Shown here: positions 1 through 7,854 of the stretch, one piece after another | Position numbering within the stretch: the stretch's first letter is position 1 | Layout: each line of letters opens with the position of its first letter | Origin: Desulfatiglandales bacterium | GTDB taxonomy: Bacteria > Desulfobacterota > DSM-4660 > Desulfatiglandales > Desulfatiglandaceae | Direction of reading: 5' to 3' | Assembly: GCA_963662465.1 (NCBI GenBank) | Contig: OY759599.1 | Coordinates: 7,488,001-7,552,000, forward strand | DNA: 64,000 nucleotides | Translations under genes and position numbers: made by a program | Notes under the pieces: generated by a model | Database searches by the model: none | The model's input: the letters and a program-made list of their open reading frames with translations, nothing else | Told to the model about the DNA's origin: nothing

Positions 1-1
1 G

Positions 2-67
2 GTGACCACCCTGTGCATTAACTGCAAAAAAAGCCAGGAAAACGAAGAGAAGTTGAGAGGCCTGTGA
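2..67 (+). CDS. dksA: 3' end of DksA/TraR C4 zinc-finger protein (partial, begins before window)
   Basis: Frame 2 reads VTTLCINCKKSQENEEKLRGL*, matching the DksA C-terminal CxxC and helix. Confidence 0.75.
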   Translation: MTTLCINCKKSQENEEKLRGL

Positions 68-69
68 TA

Positions 70-195
70 TTAGCCGTTAGCCGTTAGCGATTAGCTGTTA
101 GCTATATCAACAGGTTGGCGGAAGATACCATATGAAATCATGTAAATGCTTTTAACCTCAAAACTAACAGCTAACGGCTAACAGCTAACAGCTAA
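70..195. repeat. Inverted pair of heptamer tandem repeats
   Basis: About 5 TTAGC(C/T)G-type units at 70-104; reverse-complement CTAAC(A/G)G x4 at 164-195. Confidence 0.9.
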
Positions 196-234
196 GAAAG
201 GTGTTGTTTTTGCCCGTTGTCATAGGATGGCGCT

Positions 235-2949
235 GTGTCTGAGACCCCAAGCAGTCGGCCAAAAAAAAGGCAAAAATCTCAAAAAATCCATGAAGAGGTC
301 ATTACGACCCATGTCAACGCCGATTTTGACGCTCTTGCGTCTATGTTGGCCGCCGGGAAACTCTATCCGGAAGCGGTGCTGGCGTTTCCCGGCTCACAGG
401 AAAAAAACCTCAGGAATTTTTTTCTAAATTCCACCTTTTATCTCCTGAATATCACCAAAGTTAAGAATATCGATATTGACGCCATCAAGCGGCTCATCCT
501 CGTGGACACCCGGCAGAAGGGTCGCATCGGTGATTTTGCACGCCTGGCGGATCGGGAAGACGTGGAAATTCACGTGTACGACCATCATCCCGCTGCCTCC
601 GACGACGTGCATGGGCAGGTGGAAGTCATTCGCAGAATCGGCTCAAATACGGCGCTGATGGTTGATATTATCAAAAAAAGAGGGATTCCCGTTTCATCGG
701 AAGAAGCCACCATCATGTGCCTCGGGATTCACGAAGATACCGGAAGTTTTACGTTTTCTTCCACCACCAGTGAAGACTATGAAGCGGCGGCCTGGCTCGC
801 GGCTCAAGGCGCCGACCACAACGTTATCTCGGACATGCTGACCCGTGAGCTGACCACTGAAAACCTCTGGCTGCTGAATGACCTCATAAAATCCGCCACC
901 ACCCGCATGATCAACGGAACGGAAATTGTGATCGCCAAAGTCATCACCGATGAATTTGTTCCCGACTTTGCGGTTCTGGTGCATCGCTTCATGGAGATGG
1001 AAAGTCTGAAGGTGGTTTTTGCGCTGGCGCAGATGGAAAATCGCATTTTCATGGTGGCAAGGAGCCGGGTCGATACGGTGGACGCAGCTGAAATTGCCGG
1101 GATATTCGGAGGCGGAGGACATCCGGAGGCGGCTTCGGCAACCATCAAAGATCAGACGCTGATCCAGGTGGAACGGTCTTTGGATGTGCTGTTGAACATG
1201 CGTATCCGGCGACGCAGAAATGCCAGGGACATGATGTCTTCTCCGGTCATGCGAATCAGTTCCACGGACACCGTTCGCAAAGCGGCCGATTTCATGACCC
1301 GGTACAACATCAATGTACTCCTGGTGATGGACGGCGACGACGACCTTCTTGGATACGTCACCCGGCAGATTGTTGAAAAAGCGGCGTACCTCGGACTGGG
1401 AGACCGAAAAGCCGGCGACTATATGAATATTGAATTCGCCACCGTTCATCCGGATGCGCCACTCAAACAAATTCAGGAACTGATTATTCGCGGCAGGTTG
1501 AGAATCCTTCCAGTGGTTGAAAACAAAATGGTGAAGGGTGTTATTACCCGAACGGATCTTTTGAACATCCTGCTGGGAAACCCGCTGGTTCCCGATGCGC
1601 TCCATAGCGCCGGAAAGGACGGCCAGGTCGTCAGGAAACGGAATCTATCCGCAATGCTGAAAGAACGGTTGCCGAAAAAGGTGATCACCCTTTTAGAAGC
1701 GCTGGGGGATGCCGCCGATGCTCTCGGCTACGGCATATATCTTGTGGGGGGGTTGGTCAGAGACATTTTCCTGAAGGTTGAAAACCTGGATGTGGATATT
1801 GTCATTGAGGGAAACGGCATTACGTTTGCTCGTGAATTTGCCAAAAACCATCCCGTCCGTATGCGAAGTCATCAGAAGTTCGGCACCGCCGTACTCATTT
1901 TCCCCGATGGCTTCAAGGTGGATGTGGCCACTGCCAGGATTGAATATTACAAGTCTCCAGGAGCGCCGCCCATCGTTGAAACAAGCTCACTGAAGCTGGA
2001 TCTTTACCGCCGGGATTTCACCATGAACACCCTGGCCGTCAGTTTAGGCAAACGGTCTTTCGGGACACTCATCGATTATTTCGGCGCGCAGAAAGATATC
2101 AAGGACAAAGCACTGCGGGTCCTGCATAATCTGAGTTTCGTGGAAGATCCCACGCGCATGCTCCGGGCCATACGATTTGAGCAGCGTTTTGGCTTTACCA
2201 TTGGAAAACTAACCCTCGCCCTCATGAAAACCGCGGCCAAAATGGATTGGGCCGACAGCCTCGCATCGCGCAGAATTCTGTCGGAACTAAAGCTCATCCT
2301 TAAGGAGCAGACCCCCACAAACGCCCTCATTAGGCTAAAGGAATTTGATCTCCTCAAATTCATTTCTCCCTATCTGGATTTGACGGATACCATTAAAGAT
2401 CTACTGGAAGAAATCAAGGAGGTCATTGCCTGGTACAACCTTCTTTTTCTGGAAGACCCCATAACGCCATGGAAGGTCTATTGGTATGGGCTCACCATCG
2501 GACTTGATGCGAACACCTTTAAAAGATTAACCCATGAAATAGGGACCGGCGGTATGTCCCCTCGGGGAAAAGCGGAACAATGGCTCATGGATACCCTTTT
2601 CCGGTTTGATGGAACCGACTATGAACTATATGCATTGCTCAGGACCCATGATACGGAAATGTTGCTTTATTTGATGGCCAAGGCCAAAAATGAAAGAATG
2701 AAACGTTTGATCTCCCATTTTTTCACACAGTTAAAAGGAAAAAAGATTCGCCTGAATGGAAAGGATCTGTTAGACTTAGGGTTTAAATCGGGACCCATCT
2801 TCAAAGAAATCTTTGAAAGGCTCCTGGAAGCCCGATTAAACCAGCAGACACAAAAAAAGGAAGATGAAATAGCGATGGTTGAACAGGAATTCGGGGCGCG
2901 AAGGGTTCCGAAAGCCAAGGCTAAAAATGAAAAACCGAAAGGGGAATAA
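235..2949 (+). CDS. DHH/DHHA1-CBS-PolyA_pol tRNA nucleotidyltransferase (probably A-adding type)
   Basis: DHH motifs (HVNADFD, VDT, YDHH, GGGGH), tandem CBS domains, class II NTase motifs (LVGGLVRD, DVDI, RRDFTMN, EDPTRMLRAIRF). Confidence 0.9.
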   Translation: MSETPSSRPKKRQKSQKIHEEVITTHVNADFDALASMLAAGKLYPEAVLAFPGSQEKNLRNFFLNSTFYLLNITKVKNIDIDAIKRLILVDTRQKGRIGDFARLADREDVEIHVYDHHPAASDDVHGQVEVIRRIGSNTALMVDIIKKRGIPVSSEEATIMCLGIHEDTGSFTFSSTTSEDYEAAAWLAAQGADHNVISDMLTRELTTENLWLLNDLIKSATTRMINGTEIVIAKVITDEFVPDFAVLVHRFMEMESLKVVFALAQMENRIFMVARSRVDTVDAAEIAGIFGGGGHPEAASATIKDQTLIQVERSLDVLLNMRIRRRRNARDMMSSPVMRISSTDTVRKAADFMTRYNINVLLVMDGDDDLLGYVTRQIVEKAAYLGLGDRKAGDYMNIEFATVHPDAPLKQIQELIIRGRLRILPVVENKMVKGVITRTDLLNILLGNPLVPDALHSAGKDGQVVRKRNLSAMLKERLPKKVITLLEALGDAADALGYGIYLVGGLVRDIFLKVENLDVDIVIEGNGITFAREFAKNHPVRMRSHQKFGTAVLIFPDGFKVDVATARIEYYKSPGAPPIVETSSLKLDLYRRDFTMNTLAVSLGKRSFGTLIDYFGAQKDIKDKALRVLHNLSFVEDPTRMLRAIRFEQRFGFTIGKLTLALMKTAAKMDWADSLASRRILSELKLILKEQTPTNALIRLKEFDLLKFISPYLDLTDTIKDLLEEIKEVIAWYNLLFLEDPITPWKVYWYGLTIGLDANTFKRLTHEIGTGGMSPRGKAEQWLMDTLFRFDGTDYELYALLRTHDTEMLLYLMAKAKNERMKRLISHFFTQLKGKKIRLNGKDLLDLGFKSGPIFKEIFERLLEARLNQQTQKKEDEIAMVEQEFGARRVPKAKAKNEKPKGE

Positions 2950-2955
2950 GAGGGA

Positions 2956-3942
2956 ATGACAAAAGGGAAAATCGTAAGCGGCATGAGACCCACCGGAAAA
3001 CTGCATCTTGGACATTTACGCGGCGCCCTCCTGAACTGGAAAAAACTTCAGGAAGAGTTTCAATGTTTTTATTTTATCGCGGACTGGCATGCACTGACCA
3101 GCGACTACGCCAATACGGCAATCATCAAGGAAAGCACCTATGAGATCATCATGGATTGGATTTCCGTAGGACTGGATCCGGAACAATCCACATTTTTTAT
3201 TCAGTCCGAGATCAAAGAACACGCGGAACTCTATCTGCTCTTTTCCATGTTCACCCCACTGCCCTGGCTGGAGCGAAACCCCACCTACAAGGAACAGTTG
3301 AAGGAACTCAGTCATAAAGATCTTTTCACCTATGGTTTTCTGGGCTATCCGGTTCTTCAGGCCGCGGACATATTGATGTACAAGGCCATCGGGGTTCCGG
3401 TGGGGGAAGATCAGGCGCCCCATGTGGAGCTGACACGGGAAATTGCACGACGATTCAACCATATATATGATAAAGAGATATTCCCTATCCCCAAAATCCT
3501 GCTGGCGCCCACATCAAAGATCCTGGGCATAGACCGTCGAAAAATGAGTAAGAGCTACGGCAACTCCATTTTCCTCACGGACACGAACAAGGAAATCGAC
3601 AGCAAGGTGGGACAGATGATTACGGATCCTCAACGGGCGAGAAAAACCGACCCGGGAGATCCGGACATTTGCAATGTTTTTGCCTTTCATGAAATCTACA
3701 CCGACGCAAATACCTGCAAGGAAATTCACGCCGGTTGTAAATCGGCCAAAATTGGATGTGTCGAATGCAAAAAAATGATGGCCGCGGGCCTCAAAGAAGG
3801 ACTTGCACCCATCAAGGCCAAAAGAAAGGAACTGGAATCCCAATTGGATAAAGTCAAAGAGATCATCAATAACGGCAATGATCGCGCCCGAGCCATTGCC
3901 AGGGAAACCATGGCCCAGGTGAGGGAAGCGGTGAGAATTTAA
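2956..3942 (+). CDS. trpS: Tryptophanyl-tRNA synthetase
   Basis: SGMRPTGKLHLGH, YPVLQAADIL, VPVGEDQ, KMSKS. Confidence 0.97.
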   Translation: MTKGKIVSGMRPTGKLHLGHLRGALLNWKKLQEEFQCFYFIADWHALTSDYANTAIIKESTYEIIMDWISVGLDPEQSTFFIQSEIKEHAELYLLFSMFTPLPWLERNPTYKEQLKELSHKDLFTYGFLGYPVLQAADILMYKAIGVPVGEDQAPHVELTREIARRFNHIYDKEIFPIPKILLAPTSKILGIDRRKMSKSYGNSIFLTDTNKEIDSKVGQMITDPQRARKTDPGDPDICNVFAFHEIYTDANTCKEIHAGCKSAKIGCVECKKMMAAGLKEGLAPIKAKRKELESQLDKVKEIINNGNDRARAIARETMAQVREAVRI

Positions 3943-3969
3943 CCGTTCAACATTTTTTGAAATGGGACA

Positions 3970-4722
3970 ATGGACTACAACGTCAAGCTTGAGATGTTTG
4001 AAGGTCCCTTGGACCTCCTGCTTCACCTGATTCATAAAAATGAAGTGGATATCTTTGACATTCCCATTTCAACCATCACCGATCAGTATCTGGAGTACCT
4101 GGACCTGATGAAAGCACTGGAAATGGGCATTGCCGGGGATTTCCTGGTAATGGCGTCCACGCTTCTTCACATTAAATCCAAGATGTTGCTGCCGAACCCA
4201 ATGGAAGGGGATGAAGAGGAGGACCCCCGCCTTGAAATTGCAAGACCGCTTTTGGAATACATGCAGCTCAGGGAAATGGCAACAGAACTTTCAGAGCGGG
4301 AAATGCTGGGAAGGGACGTCTTCGCCAGGGGTGACACAGGTTCGCTAAATGAATATCCGGGCATGGAAGTTCAACCGGATGTGAGCCTCTTTCAATTGAT
4401 GGATGCATTTCGACGTGTCGTTGCCCGTAGCAACGGCCCTAAAACCCTCACGCTTGCATTGGAAAAATGGTCGGTTAAAGATAAAATTAAGAGCATCATC
4501 ACTCTGCTGAAAGAGCGCTCCGATATTTTTTTTGAAGAAATCTTCACAAAAAGCCATGGGATCTCTGAAATGGTGGTCACCTTTCTCGCCCTTCTGGAAC
4601 TGGTCCATATGGGGTTAATCGGGGTGTTTCAACCTTCCCAGGAAAGCCGTATCCGCATTACAGCCTGTTTTGAAGAAGGCGATCCCTCCGGTTACGGGGA
4701 GGAGGATGGAAAAACAGCTTAA
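3970..4722 (+). CDS. scpA: Segregation/condensation protein A
   Basis: FEGPLDLLLHLI N-terminus; VTFLALLEL C-terminus. Confidence 0.95.
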   Translation: MDYNVKLEMFEGPLDLLLHLIHKNEVDIFDIPISTITDQYLEYLDLMKALEMGIAGDFLVMASTLLHIKSKMLLPNPMEGDEEEDPRLEIARPLLEYMQLREMATELSEREMLGRDVFARGDTGSLNEYPGMEVQPDVSLFQLMDAFRRVVARSNGPKTLTLALEKWSVKDKIKSIITLLKERSDIFFEEIFTKSHGISEMVVTFLALLELVHMGLIGVFQPSQESRIRITACFEEGDPSGYGEEDGKTA

Positions 4723-5335
4723 ATTCATTATCGAATCCCTTTTGTTCGCTTCCGGCAAGCCTTTGCCTGCTCGCGACATTCAAAGGTGCCTGCCCGATGA
4801 GGAATTCTCTGAAATCGTGAAAACCTTGTCGACACTCAGGCGGGAATATGATGCCATGAACCGGAGCTTCGGCCTGAAAGAGGTGGCCGAGGGGTATCAA
4901 ATCAGGACAAAACCGGATTATGCACCCTATATCCTCAGGATGGCAAAGCGGTCTTCCGCCAGATTGTCCTCCGCCGCAATGGAAACCCTGGCGATCATTG
5001 CCTACAAACAACCGGTGATTCGACAGGAAATTGAACAATTCAGGGGTGTGGATACCGGCGGAATCCTACGAACACTCCTGGAAAAGAATCTGATCCGGAT
5101 CATGGGCCGAAAACATCTGCCGGGCCGGCCCCTGATCTATGGGACAACCCGAAAGTTTCTGGAAGTTTTCGATCTCAACAATCTTGAATCCCTTCCCAAA
5201 CTGAAAGAAATAAAGGAGTTAGGAATCGGTGAAACACAAGCGACCCAGACCCACGAGAGCAGACTCCCGGCGAAGTCAACCGTCCTGGAAAAAGAAATCA
5301 AACCGCAACCCGGAGACACGGAATCTCCGTCCTGA
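4706..5335 (+). CDS. scpB: SMC-Scp complex subunit ScpB
   Basis: IESLLF, LSSAAMETLAIIAYKQPV, GRPLIYGTT; GGAGG RBS before ATG 4706. Confidence 0.95.
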   Translation: MEKQLKFIIESLLFASGKPLPARDIQRCLPDEEFSEIVKTLSTLRREYDAMNRSFGLKEVAEGYQIRTKPDYAPYILRMAKRSSARLSSAAMETLAIIAYKQPVIRQEIEQFRGVDTGGILRTLLEKNLIRIMGRKHLPGRPLIYGTTRKFLEVFDLNNLESLPKLKEIKELGIGETQATQTHESRLPAKSTVLEKEIKPQPGDTESPS

Positions 5336-6116
5336 GGCAAAAGTCCTATCCGTGCCCCTTTCACCTCCCGGTACTCCCTTCAATCCGGAAGAACAATGGC
5401 GGCTCAACCGAATATTGTCTTCAGCGGGATTGACTTCCAGGCGAAATGCCGATCAATGGATTCTTTCCAGACGAATTACGGTCAACGGAAAATCGGTTAA
5501 CACACTGGGCGGAAAAGCGTTTTGGGGAAAGGACGACATTCGCGTGGACGGACAAAAAATTCCTCCGCCCCCCCAGAAATGTTATCTGATGCTGAATAAA
5601 CCCTTCGGCTATATTTGCTCCCTGAAAGACCCGGAAGGAAGACCCCTGGTGACGGACCTCCTCAGGGAAGTCCCTGTTCGGGTTTACCCCGTGGGCCGGC
5701 TCGATTTTGACACCCTCGGACTTTTGCTTTTGACCAATGACGGAGAATTCGCCCATCACCTCACCCATCCGAGATTTCATATCCCCAAGACCTACAAGGC
5801 GACAGTTTCGGGCGCCATCACCGACGAGGCATTGAAACGCCTCCAAGGGGGAATCACCCTGGAAGACGGACCGGCCGGCCGGGCCAAAACCGACGTCATA
5901 AACCGCAATGATAAAGAGAGCATTCTGAGGATGACCATTACCCAGGGGAAAACCCGTCAGGTTCGGCGCATGCTGGATGCGGTGGGTTTCAAGGTGTTCC
6001 ATCTGATCCGGACCAGCTTTGGAACCCTGCGTCTCGGAGACTTAAAAATCGGCCATTATCGATATCTAGATTCACAGGAAGTCCTGGAATTAAAAAAAAT
6101 GGCAGGAATAGGATGA
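5229..6116 (+). CDS. rluB: 23S rRNA pseudouridine synthase (RluB/RsuA family); start uncertain
   Basis: S4 domain (RLNRILSSAGLTSRR), LNKP, YPVGRLD; scpAB-rluB synteny. Confidence 0.88.
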   Translation: MKHKRPRPTRADSRRSQPSWKKKSNRNPETRNLRPEAKVLSVPLSPPGTPFNPEEQWRLNRILSSAGLTSRRNADQWILSRRITVNGKSVNTLGGKAFWGKDDIRVDGQKIPPPPQKCYLMLNKPFGYICSLKDPEGRPLVTDLLREVPVRVYPVGRLDFDTLGLLLLTNDGEFAHHLTHPRFHIPKTYKATVSGAITDEALKRLQGGITLEDGPAGRAKTDVINRNDKESILRMTITQGKTRQVRRMLDAVGFKVFHLIRTSFGTLRLGDLKIGHYRYLDSQEVLELKKMAGIG

Positions 6117-6189
6117 TTTTTATTTACAGCTTCAAATCAATAATGTATCTTGTGCGAACTTTGCGGCTCATCGGGCCGACAGCAAGACC

Positions 6190-6264
6190 GGGCGATTAAC
6201 TCAGTGGGAGAGTGCCATCCTCACACGGTGGAAGTCCGGGGTTCAAATCCCCGATCGCCCACCA
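6190..6264 (+). tRNA. tRNA-Val (CAC)
   Basis: GGGCGAT/ATCGCCC acceptor stem, anticodon arm CCATC-CTCACAC-GGTGG, T-loop GTTCAAATC, encoded CCA. Confidence 0.95.
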
Positions 6265-6275
6265 GTAAAATCAAT

Positions 6276-6308
6276 GGGTTACGGTTCATATCGTAGCCCT
6301 TTTTTTTT
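6276..6308 (+). terminator. Rho-independent terminator after tRNA-Val
   Basis: GGGTTACG...CGTAGCCC stem followed by T9. Confidence 0.7.
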
Positions 6309-6439
6309 GGATGGTCTCCATTTGGTCTCCATTTTCTGAAAAGACCGTATTTTCCAACTTACAGGCGACCTTTTGGTTGGTCGGTTTCATCAGGTGAGAG
6401 TATACATTCAAGGTTACCGTAGGGCTTGAATGCCGCAGC

Positions 6440-6787
6440 GTGTTTGACAGTGATGTTGCCCTTAGAGTTCGGGAACTCGTGAGACAGACCTGCGAACGTT
6501 TCGAAATCCAGATAGTGCGTGGTGTGGTCAGCAAGGATCACGTGCATATTCTCGTTTCGGCGCCACCAAATATTTCCCCTTCGGACATAATGCGAAGGGT
6601 GAAGGGAAGGGCGTCGCGAAAGATCTTTGAGGAATTCCCACACCTGAAGAAACGATACTGGGGTAAGCATTTCTGAGTGCGGGGGTATTTCTGTGTCACA
6701 TCTGGCGAGCTTACCAAGGACATGATTCAAGAGTATCTTGAGCACCATTTTGAAAAAGACCCAAACGATCGTTTCGATATCGAATAA
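6440..6787 (+). pseudogene. tnpA: IS200/IS605 TnpA (Y1 HUH) transposase, 5'-truncated, with internal stop
   Basis: DHVHIL HUH motif; YWGKHF*VRGYF with TGA at 6674 where TGG is expected; frame continues to TAA at 6785-6787. Confidence 0.9.
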
Positions 6788-6835
6788 TTTACCGGCTAAA
6801 GCCGGTCTTGCTGAACTTTCAGTCCGTGCTTTTAA

Positions 6836-6866
6836 ACCCACCGTCTTCAAGACGGTGGTTGTTTAG
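6836..6866. mobile_element. IS200-family right-end hairpin
   Basis: CCACCGTCT-TCA-AGACGGTGG palindrome downstream of tnpA. Confidence 0.7.
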
Positions 6867-7145
6867 TATCCCCCCTATCATAGCAAGTACAATCCGGTTG
6901 AAAGATGTTGGGGAATATTGGAGGGACATTGGAACGGAGAAATATTGGATTCAATATCAAAAGCAGTCAATTGGGCATCTACGATGACATGGAAAGGGAT
7001 AAAGCCCATTGTCACGTTGGTGGAAAAGGCATATAAGAAGGGAATCCGGCTTACAAAAAAAGAAATGAAACCTTACGAAAACAGAATTAAACGTTCCGAC
7101 ACACTGCCCAAATGGGATGTACTTATTGAATCCGGAGTTGGGTAG
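6867..7145 (+). pseudogene. ISAzo13-family transposase C-terminal fragment
   Basis: YPPYHSKYNPVERCWGILEGHWNG...MTWKG...LPKWDV; starts abruptly at the IS200 right end. Confidence 0.8.
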
Positions 7146-7263
7146 TTTATTTCTTGTGAATTCCCTTAAGGCTTTACTGGTTGAATTTTCTTTCATTTAA
7201 AAAAATATCAGAAGTCGTACCATAGGTCCGGAAGAAAAGGCTTTGACGGTTATTCCATGGACT

Positions 7264-7854
7264 TTAAAACAATCCCAGTTCCCTGCCCCGTTTTACGGCC
7301 GAAGGATATTTGTTCATGATTGCCTCCATTTCATCCTTTCCGTTCGCCATACGAATATCATCAATATGCCAGCCCGGCGCCACCATGACCCCGTAAAGCC
7401 CCCAGTTGTAATGGGGATCTTCCTTTTTAACGAATCCCATCCATGTGCCGGCGGGAATGACCTTCTGCATGACCTGCCCCTCGTCCACTCGGGGGCCCAG
7501 AACCACCTCCTCCCAGGAACCATCCCCGTAGAGCAGCATCTGAACCATGGGGGCGCCCCCATGATACAGCAGAATTTCATCGGACGTAAGAATATGCCAG
7601 GGATCAATGGGCACATCCCGGGTCATGAGGTAGTAGATGAGGGAAGCGGCGACGCGATCTTTGTCCATATCCACTCTGAGCTTCGATGCGTAGGTGGGTT
7701 TGAAATATCCCGGGCAGGCGTCATCGCCCATGGGTGCAAGGTTCAGGGCCTTGATAACTTGACCGGTCGTCAAAGGCCGATCTTTTTTGACCGTTGCGCA
7801 CCCCAGGGCCATAACCAATATTCCTAAAATCATCGCACGAAAAATTGCCGTCAT
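7264..7854 (-). CDS. Cupin-domain (DUF985/Cupin_5-like) lipoprotein
   Basis: Lipobox MALGC after a hydrophobic stretch; SLIYYL, WHILTSDEILLYHGG, VIPAGTW, VAPGW; TGATG overlap with upstream gene. Confidence 0.8.
   Translation of the reverse strand: MTAIFRAMILGILVMALGCATVKKDRPLTTGQVIKALNLAPMGDDACPGYFKPTYASKLRVDMDKDRVAASLIYYLMTRDVPIDPWHILTSDEILLYHGGAPMVQMLLYGDGSWEEVVLGPRVDEGQVMQKVIPAGTWMGFVKKEDPHYNWGLYGVMVAPGWHIDDIRMANGKDEMEAIMNKYPSAVKRGRELGLF

Noticed and set aside
6674..6676. In-frame TGA in tnpA as selenocysteine or recoding
   Set aside because: It aligns to a conserved Trp (TGG to TGA) in a 5'-truncated IS remnant; other genes here use TGA as stop
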